Part shown: one piece after another, positions 28,310 to 36,492 of the stretch
Layout of the letters: each line of letters starts with the position of its first letter
Position numbering within the stretch: position 1 is the first letter of the stretch
DNA from: Salinispira sp.
GTDB lineage: Bacteria > Spirochaetota > Spirochaetia > DSM-27196 > Salinispiraceae
Assembly: GCA_965602015.1 (NCBI GenBank)
Contig: OZ271918.1
Span: forward strand, 2,144,001-2,208,000
Reading direction: 5' to 3'
Length of the DNA: 64,000 bases
Program-made: the position numbers and the translations under genes
Notes under the pieces: model-generated
Told to the model about the DNA's origin: nothing
The model's database searches: none
Seen by the model: the letters and a program-made list of their open reading frames with translations, nothing else

Positions 28310-29113
28310 TCAGCCTTTGGCTTTGCGGCTGCGCTCATCATCTTCCATTTTCTGCTTCCACAGGTCGGCCTTTTTCTTGAGTTCTTCGCCTTCCTCGGCT
28401 TCGCCGAAGATAATATGGATGCGGCGCAGGGCGGACAGATACCGAATGGCGATTTTGAAATCGTCTATCCTGCTGGTGGAAAGTTCATACTTCAGCCGGT
28501 AATCATCTGCCGCCTTGGATAAGAGGGTCTTAACCTGCTGAAGCATTTTTCCCCGAACCTGATAGTCCTCCATTCGGGGATCGAGACCGGCGATTATGGT
28601 TTTGAAGTTGATGATATTCTTGTATATAACGGCATAGCGTCCGTTGAGCTCAACAAAGGACCAGCGCCATTTGGTATTTTCCCCATAGCCTTCGATAACC
28701 GATTCAATGGTGAAGCCGAGTTTTCGCATGAGCTCATAGCGCTTCCTATCGGAGAAATCGGCAATACTCTCCCAGACCTCGTCCAGGTCGGAAAACGGCG
28801 TATCGATGCCGTCGGTGACCACCTTCTCCATGTGGATAATGCTTTCATAGCAGCTTCTGCGGGCGTCGTTGAGAAAGGCCTCATTTTTTATGCCGAGCAT
28901 GGCAACGGAAATTCTGTTCAAGAGCAGGTAGTGGGCGGCGAGGTTTAAACGATCCTCGGCAAGAGCTATGCGCTTAAACGGCTGGTCATCGTCGCTTTTT
29001 TCGATAACCTGAAGAAGACTTTTTTCCCGTTGGAGAATCTGATCTATTTCCTGCTTATACACCCGCACCTTTTCGGCATAGGTGCGTTTGGCTTCGGCAC
29101 TGACCTTGCCCAT
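28310..29113 (-). CDS. Conserved spirochaete-type helical hypothetical protein
   Basis: 267-aa ORF with GGAGG RBS, in the operon after recN. Confidence 0.7.
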   Translation of the reverse strand: MGKVSAEAKRTYAEKVRVYKQEIDQILQREKSLLQVIEKSDDDQPFKRIALAEDRLNLAAHYLLLNRISVAMLGIKNEAFLNDARRSCYESIIHMEKVVTDGIDTPFSDLDEVWESIADFSDRKRYELMRKLGFTIESVIEGYGENTKWRWSFVELNGRYAVIYKNIINFKTIIAGLDPRMEDYQVRGKMLQQVKTLLSKAADDYRLKYELSTSRIDDFKIAIRYLSALRRIHIIFGEAEEGEELKKKADLWKQKMEDDERSRKAKG

Positions 29114-29167
29114 TTTTCCTCCGCTCTCTTATCAAGTATAGACGGTCACACCGACAAATTGAAGGGA

Positions 29168-30868
29168 TTATTTTTCTGCGGCCTTCAACAGCTCCCTGGC
29201 ATGGGTGCGGCTGGCCTCGGTACTGCTGTCCCCGGAAAGCATCCGGGCGATTTCCCCCACCCTTTCGTCACCGGATATATTTTTGGCTGTGGTAATCGCC
29301 CTCCCCTGGGCATCGCTCTTGCTGACGGTAATATGATTGTCGGCATATGCTGCAATAGAGGCAAGGTGGGTTATGCAAAGAATCTGCTTGCGCAGGGAGA
29401 GATTGTGCAGATGCTCTCCCAAGGCCCGACCGACTTCCCCGCCGATTCCCGAATCGATTTCATCAAAAACCAGACTGGGAATATCATCGCTCTCGGCCAG
29501 GGCAGTTTTTATTGCCAGCATGACCCTGCTTATCTCACCGCCGGAGGCGATGTTTCGCAGGGCCTTCATCGGTTCTCCCTGGTTAGCCGACAAGAGAAAC
29601 TCAACTCGGTCTATGCCAGTAGGACCCACAACCGGAACCTTGTCGTCGGATAGCTTTTGACTGACCGAAACCGCGAAGCGGGATTTTGTCATACCAAGTT
29701 GGGAGAGACTTTCCAGGACCTGCTTCTCAAGCATCGTTCCCGCAGCCTTTCTCTTTTCAGAGAGGCTTTTGGCCGTAGCGATGAGCCCGGTTTCCAGCTC
29801 GGCAATTTCCTTCTGTAGCTTCCGGGAGTATTCATCGGAATGCTCAAATCGATCGAGCCGCTTTTCGGCTTCGCTGCGGTATTTGATGACATCGGACAGG
29901 CGGGGGCCGTATTTTTTCTGAACCAGTTGAAGCTCCGCCAAGCGCTCTTCAATAAACTCGAGCCGGTTGGGATCATAGGACAGATCATCCAAATAGCCGC
30001 TCACCTGGGAGAAAATATCTTCAAGTTCATAGTACAGGCTCTCAAGCCGCCCCGAGGCCTCTTTCTGGCTCTGGTCGATGGCTGAAGCCCGGGTTAGGGC
30101 GTTCATCGCGGTGTATACCAAACCGAGGGCCCCGCCCTCATCTTCTTTGAGGGCATTATGGCAGGTATCGATGTGGGAGAACAGTTTTTCGTATTGCTGG
30201 AGTTTCCGGCGCTCCTCCTCCAGACCCTCATCTTCACCGGGCTGAATGTTCAGGCCGTCGATTTCCTGAATAGCATACTTAAGAAGCTCGATTTCCCGCT
30301 GGCGCTCTTTTTCATCGTTCTCAAGGGTGTTGAGTTCATTTTTTCGGTCGTTAAGATACAGGAAATCCCGCTGAACCTTATCCCGCAGGGCGGCAAGACC
30401 GCCGAATGCATCGATGAAGCGCCGATGGTGCTGAATGTTAAACAAGGACTGATGCTCGTGCTGGCCGTGCATGTCGAGCAAAATTGCGGTAAATTCTTCC
30501 AGCTTTTGCCTGGGCAGCATGGAAGCCTGGATATAGGAGTTGCCCTTTCCATTTATCTTTAGCACCCGCCTGATTACCACCCGGTCATCGTCGGCTTCGA
30601 TTCCCATTTCCTCCAGCCAGATTCTGCTGTCCCGACCCGCATCGCTTTCACCGTCCGGAAGGGCGAAGGTGCCGCTCACCTCGGCCTGCTCGCATCCGCT
30701 GCGAATCGAGCCGGTGGTGGCCTTTGCCCCCAAAAGCAGACCGAGAGCGCCAGCCAGAATACTCTTGCCCGCGCCGGTTTCGCCCGTGAGGGTGTTCATT
30801 CCCGGTGAAAACTCCAGTTCGAGATGATCGATAAGTGCATAATTGCGAATAATCAGATTTTCGAGCAC
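29168..30868 (-). CDS. recN: DNA repair protein RecN
   Basis: LTGETGAGKS Walker A, HGQHEHQ, ASGGEISR, FDEIDSGIGG, CITHLASIA. Confidence 0.97.
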   Translation of the reverse strand: MLENLIIRNYALIDHLELEFSPGMNTLTGETGAGKSILAGALGLLLGAKATTGSIRSGCEQAEVSGTFALPDGESDAGRDSRIWLEEMGIEADDDRVVIRRVLKINGKGNSYIQASMLPRQKLEEFTAILLDMHGQHEHQSLFNIQHHRRFIDAFGGLAALRDKVQRDFLYLNDRKNELNTLENDEKERQREIELLKYAIQEIDGLNIQPGEDEGLEEERRKLQQYEKLFSHIDTCHNALKEDEGGALGLVYTAMNALTRASAIDQSQKEASGRLESLYYELEDIFSQVSGYLDDLSYDPNRLEFIEERLAELQLVQKKYGPRLSDVIKYRSEAEKRLDRFEHSDEYSRKLQKEIAELETGLIATAKSLSEKRKAAGTMLEKQVLESLSQLGMTKSRFAVSVSQKLSDDKVPVVGPTGIDRVEFLLSANQGEPMKALRNIASGGEISRVMLAIKTALAESDDIPSLVFDEIDSGIGGEVGRALGEHLHNLSLRKQILCITHLASIAAYADNHITVSKSDAQGRAITTAKNISGDERVGEIARMLSGDSSTEASRTHARELLKAAEK

Positions 30869-30889
30869 AGATTCCTCCGCGGGCCGACG

Positions 30890-31774
30890 CTACTCCGGTC
30901 CGCCCGACCAGTTCAGTTTCGCCCGCAATACCTCATAAAAGCTGCGGGTACCAGAATATAATAATGTAACCGGCTGAGCGGACTTTTTGATTCGAAGCTG
31001 ATCACCGGGCAGCAATTCATAATTCAGCTGTCCGTCCACCGTCAAGGTGAGGCTGGTCCGCTGCTGTTCGAGAATTTCAACCCTCATCAGTGCATGGGCG
31101 GGAAGAACCAGAGGCCGGTGGGACAGGGTAAAGGGACAGATCGGGTTGAGAATCAGAGCTTCCATTTCTGGATGCACAATCGGCCCGCCGGCGGCAGCCG
31201 AATAGGCTGTTGAGCCGGTTGAGGTGCTGAATATAATTCCGTCTGCCCGGTACTCGATATGCTCGCTTCGGTCCAAGTGAACCATGAGGTGAACAAGTTT
31301 GGAGATGCCGGAACCTGAGATTACCACATCGTTGAGAGCAATTCCCTGCTTGAGTGCGCGGAACGTTCCCTGGCTGTCCGGGCGCTCATGGATGAATTCC
31401 AGCATTAGCCGAGTGCCTTTACCGAGCTCATCGCGTACCGCTTTTTCGAGATCGGTGAACAATTCGCCCACGCTGGTTTCGGTAATAAAGCCGAAATTCC
31501 CCAGATTCACCGGAAGTATGGGAATTCCCAGGGGGGCGAGGGAACGGGCGGCAAAGAGCACGGTGCCGTCTCCGCCCAGGGTAATGGCCAGTTCATAGGG
31601 TTTATTGCAGTTCAGTTCGGCCTTGCCGGAAAATCCGAAAATATCTGAAGCAATATTCCGCTCTTCGAGGAAGTCGCGAATCCTCAGGGCAAGGGGTTCG
31701 GCCTCGGTTTTCTGGTAGTTGGCGATAATAAGTACGTTCCGCAGTCCATTGCTGTCTTTGCCCATTACGCCCAC
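30890..31774 (-). CDS. nadK: NAD kinase
   Basis: LGGDGTVL, NLGNFGF, LNDVVI, ADGIIFSTSTGSTAYSAAAGGP. Start may be ATG 31765. Confidence 0.96.
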   Translation of the reverse strand: MGVMGKDSNGLRNVLIIANYQKTEAEPLALRIRDFLEERNIASDIFGFSGKAELNCNKPYELAITLGGDGTVLFAARSLAPLGIPILPVNLGNFGFITETSVGELFTDLEKAVRDELGKGTRLMLEFIHERPDSQGTFRALKQGIALNDVVISGSGISKLVHLMVHLDRSEHIEYRADGIIFSTSTGSTAYSAAAGGPIVHPEMEALILNPICPFTLSHRPLVLPAHALMRVEILEQQRTSLTLTVDGQLNYELLPGDQLRIKKSAQPVTLLYSGTRSFYEVLRAKLNWSGGPE

Positions 31775-31818
31775 TATATCTGCTAGAAATTCTCCTGTAA
31801 AGCCGGATTTTCCGGTTC

Positions 31819-32865
31819 TCAGGGCAGGGTCTTGATGACCTTCTGTAAAAGCTCCATTTCCTTCCTGCCCATGCTGGGGTATAGGGGAAGGAGCACCGTC
31901 CGTAATGCAAAACGGGCAGCTTCAGGATACAACTCGGCCGGCGCCCGGTCGCCCTCATTATCGATATCGAAATTTCTCATCATCGCGCTGATCACTGAGT
32001 TTTCAAAAGCGGGCTGGATTTCCACCTGTTTTTTGACACCGTAATGCTGGGCATCCTGGAGCGAACCCTGCAACAACACCGGTAAGGCCGAAGGCACCAG
32101 CTGCTCGTCCACGGAAATCATTTTATGCCGGCTCTCCATGACGCTCCGTTGAAGAACGGCCAGAAGATCCTGCCTTACTTCGAGAAAACCCTTGAGTTCA
32201 CGAACCTGTATAACCCCCATGGCGGCATTCATATCGGGGAGGTAAATATCCTTCGGATAGCCGTCGACCACTGAGGTGAGGGCTTTGCTGCCCTTCCGCT
32301 TTGCCGAGGCGATAAAAACTCCTCCGCCTGTGGTGATTATGTTCTCCGGTTCGAGGTTCAGAATAAAGAAATCGCCGATGTACTCCGGCCGAGGGCTGTG
32401 ATAGAGAATTCCGCTGATATCCTGAATGATCGGGGCCCCGAGTTCAGCCAAACGTTCGGTATCAGGAGCATATCCCAGGGGATGCTCAAGAATGACCGCC
32501 GAGAGAGCCTGGGACTCATGGGCTGCAAAAAGCAGGTCCAGATTCATCACCGGAAGGGAAGAAGACGCATCGATAAACACCGGTGTCAGGCCGAGCTTCT
32601 CCAGGACAAAGCGGTAGGTTTCGCTGCCCAGGGCGGATATGGCTACCCGGTCGCCGGGTTTACAGTCGAGGCTTTTGAGGAGGACTTCCATTCCGCGCAA
32701 CTGCTCGCGCAATACAATTCCGGCGTCGGCGTCGCAGCGCTCCAAGAGCGAGTGGACAAGATCTTCCGAGTAATTGCCCGGACCGATCTGGTCGGACACA
32801 AGGCAGGTGAGAACCGCATCCATGTCTTTGCGTTTTATCGAAGGCCGAAATACCGGAATTGCCAT
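31819..32865 (-). CDS. DegT/DnrJ/EryC1/StrS aminotransferase-like protein lacking the PLP Schiff-base Lys
   Basis: Fold motifs KPGDRVAI, GLTPVFID, HPLGYAPD, IIQD, LLPLYPSM; the SF.p.K motif reads NLEPEN. Confidence 0.8.
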   Translation of the reverse strand: MAIPVFRPSIKRKDMDAVLTCLVSDQIGPGNYSEDLVHSLLERCDADAGIVLREQLRGMEVLLKSLDCKPGDRVAISALGSETYRFVLEKLGLTPVFIDASSSLPVMNLDLLFAAHESQALSAVILEHPLGYAPDTERLAELGAPIIQDISGILYHSPRPEYIGDFFILNLEPENIITTGGGVFIASAKRKGSKALTSVVDGYPKDIYLPDMNAAMGVIQVRELKGFLEVRQDLLAVLQRSVMESRHKMISVDEQLVPSALPVLLQGSLQDAQHYGVKKQVEIQPAFENSVISAMMRNFDIDNEGDRAPAELYPEAARFALRTVLLPLYPSMGRKEMELLQKVIKTLP

Positions 32866-32931
32866 AGCATACCTCTATAGGGAGTAGTAAAGCGCTGCAG
32901 GATTATATACAGTGCCCGAAGAAAATACCAG

Positions 32932-32955
32932 AAAAAGGCCGGCGCAGCGCCGGCC
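32932..32955 (-). terminator. Intrinsic terminator after cheW
   Basis: GGCCGGCGC-T-GCGCCGGCC hairpin followed by T5 on the minus strand. Confidence 0.65.
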
Positions 32956-32992
32956 CTTGTAGATTGAGTCAGGTTAGTACATCAATAGTCTC

Positions 32993-33469
32993 TTAGTAGA
33001 TTCCCATTTTCTCGAGAACCTGTAGTTCACGGACGTTGAATAGCCTGCGAATATCGAGAATTATCATATACCCGTCATCCCGGTTTACCACGCCTTGAAT
33101 ATACTCGGCTCCGATTCCGCTGAGCATTTGGGGCGGAGGCTGGATTTCATCAAGATCGATGGTGATAACCCTGCTGACCTTATCGATAATTACCGCTATC
33201 TGCATTTCGTCAATGCTGATGATTATAAAGCCGCTGAGCAGCTCGTCTTCCTCAGACATTTCCGGGCGGGAAAGATGAAAGCGCGTGTGAAGATTTATGA
33301 CGGGGATGATTTCCCCGCGGAGGTTAAAAATACCTTCGACATAGTTCGGAGAATTGGGGATTTCCCGTATTTCTTCAACTTGGACAATTGCCTCCACGTC
33401 CATTATGTCGATGCCGTACAACTCCTTGCCGAGCTGGAAGGTCACCAACTGAAGGCTGTTTTCTGCCAT
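32993..33469 (-). CDS. cheW: Chemotaxis coupling protein CheW
   Basis: QLVTFQLGKELYGIDI, IPNSPNYVEGIFNLRGEIIPVINL. Confidence 0.97.
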   Translation of the reverse strand: MAENSLQLVTFQLGKELYGIDIMDVEAIVQVEEIREIPNSPNYVEGIFNLRGEIIPVINLHTRFHLSRPEMSEEDELLSGFIIISIDEMQIAVIIDKVSRVITIDLDEIQPPPQMLSGIGAEYIQGVVNRDDGYMIILDIRRLFNVRELQVLEKMGIY

Positions 33470-33557
33470 ATATCCCTCCAGAAGTTATAGTATAAGAATA
33501 AGTCGTCCGCCGGATAATTTCAATGAGAAAAGGCTCCCCTTAAAGTCAGGAGAAAAA

Positions 33558-34388
33558 TCAGCGTTCGCCCAATATCACTTCAATTGTCCGCTTCTCCTGA
33601 CGGCGCTGAATCACTGCGGCTGAACGCTGTCCGGCTGCCAGGCTTCGAAGAATAAAAAACAGGTCCTTCGGTTCGGAGACCTCTTTCCCGTCAAAGCTGA
33701 TGAGAATGTCACCGGTTTCAAGTCCCGCCGTTGCTCCGGGGGAATCATCCTCTACCTCGGTAATAACAAGTCCCCGTCGCCCTTCCAGATCCGGCGCGGT
33801 TGTAATCCCGACATAGGCAGGCTTGGCAGTTCCATTCTTGCGAATTTCGCCAACCAGGCTCAGCAGCTGGTGTATTTCGATGGTCATTCCTGAACCCCGG
33901 GGCATGCTTGAATTCATTCCGAGAATTTTTCCCTCGGCATCGATTAAAAACCCTCCGCTCATGGACGCATTGATGGTTCCATCGACCTCAATTGAAGGCT
34001 GAAGAATACCTCCCATGGGAAGAGTTTTTTTACTCAGCATCTGTGCAATCAGGCCCTGATGAATCCGGGGCCCGTGGGCATCAAACCCCATGGAGTAACT
34101 GATGAGTCCGGGATGAATGTTTTCGATTACCTCCGCCGGAATAAAATCAGCCACATCCGGAACGTCAAGCACGACCAGATCATAGCGGTTATCCCAACCG
34201 ACAACCTGAGCCTTCATGATTGTACCTTCGGCATCGCATACCGTGATGTGATCGGGGAATTCCAAAGGGTGAGATACGCTGACCACCGTTCTTTTGTCCA
34301 CCGCGAATCCCGAAGCGCGCAAAACACCTCGTTCGCACACTCCAAAAACCTGTGAACGGTACTTCTCGAATATGTTGACTGGATTCAT
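33558..34388 (-). CDS. S1C (HtrA-like) serine protease with a PDZ domain and no signal peptide
   Basis: Triad-like H (VSVSHP), D (YDLVVL) and S (SMSGG); PDZ VEDDSPGATAGLETGDIL. Start moved to ATG 34388 (GGGAGGG RBS). Confidence 0.85.
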   Translation of the reverse strand: MNPVNIFEKYRSQVFGVCERGVLRASGFAVDKRTVVSVSHPLEFPDHITVCDAEGTIMKAQVVGWDNRYDLVVLDVPDVADFIPAEVIENIHPGLISYSMGFDAHGPRIHQGLIAQMLSKKTLPMGGILQPSIEVDGTINASMSGGFLIDAEGKILGMNSSMPRGSGMTIEIHQLLSLVGEIRKNGTAKPAYVGITTAPDLEGRRGLVITEVEDDSPGATAGLETGDILISFDGKEVSEPKDLFFILRSLAAGQRSAAVIQRRQEKRTIEVILGER

Positions 34389-34569
34389 CAAACCCTCCCA
34401 AAGCTCCGGATCTACGGTAAAAACACTCGCGCTCTCACCGGTAGACGGCATAGTACTGATTTTTGTGAAAGATTCCAATAGATGTTTGTCACTGACCTAT
34501 GATGCGTTTATCAGCCCCGGTGCTTCCGCTGCTCGTGCACATTACCCATCAAAGCCCGGCTTTATACAT

Positions 34570-34602
34570 AAAAAAAAGCTGCCGGAGAAAACCTCCGGCA
34601 GC
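34570..34602 (-). terminator. Intrinsic terminator of the oxidoreductase-rhodanese-TVP38 operon
   Basis: GCTGCCGGAG-gtttt-CTCCGGCAGC followed by T8 on the minus strand. Confidence 0.85.
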
Positions 34603-34652
34603 CGCATGCAAATATGACCAGCTATACGCTCCTTCACGAAGCAGCACAGCAT

Positions 34653-35402
34653 TTACCCCTCGGCGACAGGGACAACCTTATTCGCCTCATCGACGGGCAT
34701 AGCAGCAGGTTGCGTCTGGGTCTGCATCTTTTCATCGATAGCCTTTTTCGCTATTCGCGTGATAAAGACCGTCACGACCACGGTTGCCGCAAGTCCGACA
34801 ATGGTCATTACCAGTTGGCCGGTAGTCATGCCCTGATCACCGCCCCCGGCGGCGAGTCCAAGCAGGGTACCGATGTATACGTACATTATGGTGCCGGGCA
34901 GCATGCCGATCCAGGAAGCGAGCACATAGCCCACCGGTTTTACCGCGGTGATTCCGTAGAAATAATTCGAAAGACTAAAAGGAACCACCGGTGACAACCT
35001 CAGCAAACCGACTATTTTCCACCCTTCCCTGCCGATGACTTCGTCGATTGCTTCGAACTTCGGATTCTTGCCAACCGCCGAGGCGACCGCGCCCCTGGCG
35101 AGGTAGCGGCCGACGAAAAAAGCCAGGGTCGCGCCGATTGTGCTCCCGAGGGAAACATATACCGTTCCCATGCCGAGGCCGAAAATTGCACCGGCGGCAA
35201 GGGTTGGAATGGTCCCGGGGATGAGCAGCACGGTGCAGGCGGCATAGAGGGCAATAAAGGCGAATATGCCGATGAGACCGAGTCCTTCTATCCACTGCAT
35301 TGCCATGCTCAAGTATGCGGGCACATCGAAGACGATTCCCAGGGTAATGAGGACAGCGACGAGCACCAGGGCAATTATGGCTTTTATTGTCTTTGCGTTC
35401 AC
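34653..35402 (-). CDS. TVP38/TMEM64 (DedA/VTT) family membrane protein
   Basis: IPGTIPTLAAGAIFG, GATLAFFVGRY, LLRLSPVVPFSLSNYFYG. Confidence 0.93.
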   Translation of the reverse strand: MNAKTIKAIIALVLVAVLITLGIVFDVPAYLSMAMQWIEGLGLIGIFAFIALYAACTVLLIPGTIPTLAAGAIFGLGMGTVYVSLGSTIGATLAFFVGRYLARGAVASAVGKNPKFEAIDEVIGREGWKIVGLLRLSPVVPFSLSNYFYGITAVKPVGYVLASWIGMLPGTIMYVYIGTLLGLAAGGGDQGMTTGQLVMTIVGLAATVVVTVFITRIAKKAIDEKMQTQTQPAAMPVDEANKVVPVAEG

Positions 35403-35411
35403 AAATAGCTC

Positions 35412-36413
35412 CTAATTGCTGGAAACCCGCTGAACGTTTTCCGGTACGCCGGTCTCGATTGCCAGGTTTTCATGGTATGACCACTCGATCCATGAGCCGT
35501 CGTAGTTCATTACGCTGTCGAATCCGAGCAGCTGGGAGAGTACGAAGGTTGTGTGGGCCGATCGGACGCCGCTCTGACAATATGCGATGATGGTTTTATC
35601 CGGGGTGACTCCGACTGCAGCGAACCGCTCGCGAAGAGAAGCTATGTCTAAGAAGCACATGTTCTCACCGAGGGTCTCCTTCCACTCGAGCCACACAGCG
35701 CTCGGTATACGTCCTTTTCGGAATGCGCCGTTCTTCAAATCTTCGCCGGTCATTTCACCGAAGGTACGGGTGTCCAGAATAACGACGTTGGGATCATCCA
35801 CCGCTGCGATCACATCTTCGAGGGTTGCGATCCGATGCGAGTTGGGCTGGCCGGTGAAGCGGAACTCAACGGGGGTGACTGTGGGAACCTCAACGGTGGT
35901 TTCAAAACCTGCGGCCTCCCATGCCACGATACCGCCGTCGATGAGCTTAATATTTCGGAAACCATTCATATCGAGCTGCCACCACATCCGGGCAGCGTCG
36001 TAATCGCCCTTGGCGTCGTACGCAAAAATAGTCGTATTCGGTCCAACGCCCAAATTTCCGAGCAGGGCCTCCAGTTGTTCACGGCTTCCCCGCATTCCCC
36101 CGAAGGGATACACGTCTGATTCTGCGCTGTAATCACCGCGAAAAATATTCTGGGCGCCGGGGATATGACCGAGGGCGTAATCCGCAGCTTTGCGGATATC
36201 CAGAATAACAATATCGTCCATAGCGGCGATCATGGTCCGGGCAGTCTGTACGCTGAGAATGTTACCGCTGTCGACATACGAATCGATTCGGATCTCCGCC
36301 ATATCCATATCTTCCTGGGAGATCACGATCTCCTGGGATGAAAACACGGTGAAGCCAAGGGTAGTCAAAAGCGCGACCACCAGTACGGAAAGAATAGCAA
36401 CTGCTTTCTTCAT
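35412..36413 (-). CDS. Tandem-domain sulfurtransferase (rhodanese) with an N-terminal signal/anchor
   Basis: GHIPGA, AARMWW, IDGG, active-site YCQSGVRS, YDGSWIEW; hydrophobic N-terminus MKKAVAILSVLVVALL. Confidence 0.93.
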   Translation of the reverse strand: MKKAVAILSVLVVALLTTLGFTVFSSQEIVISQEDMDMAEIRIDSYVDSGNILSVQTARTMIAAMDDIVILDIRKAADYALGHIPGAQNIFRGDYSAESDVYPFGGMRGSREQLEALLGNLGVGPNTTIFAYDAKGDYDAARMWWQLDMNGFRNIKLIDGGIVAWEAAGFETTVEVPTVTPVEFRFTGQPNSHRIATLEDVIAAVDDPNVVILDTRTFGEMTGEDLKNGAFRKGRIPSAVWLEWKETLGENMCFLDIASLRERFAAVGVTPDKTIIAYCQSGVRSAHTTFVLSQLLGFDSVMNYDGSWIEWSYHENLAIETGVPENVQRVSSN

Positions 36414-36492
36414 TATTATGCTCCTTTGCCCCGGTCGGGGGCCGGTAAACCCGGGTAACCCGGGCGGTTTCTGGTTTTTCCATCCTCCGGAA

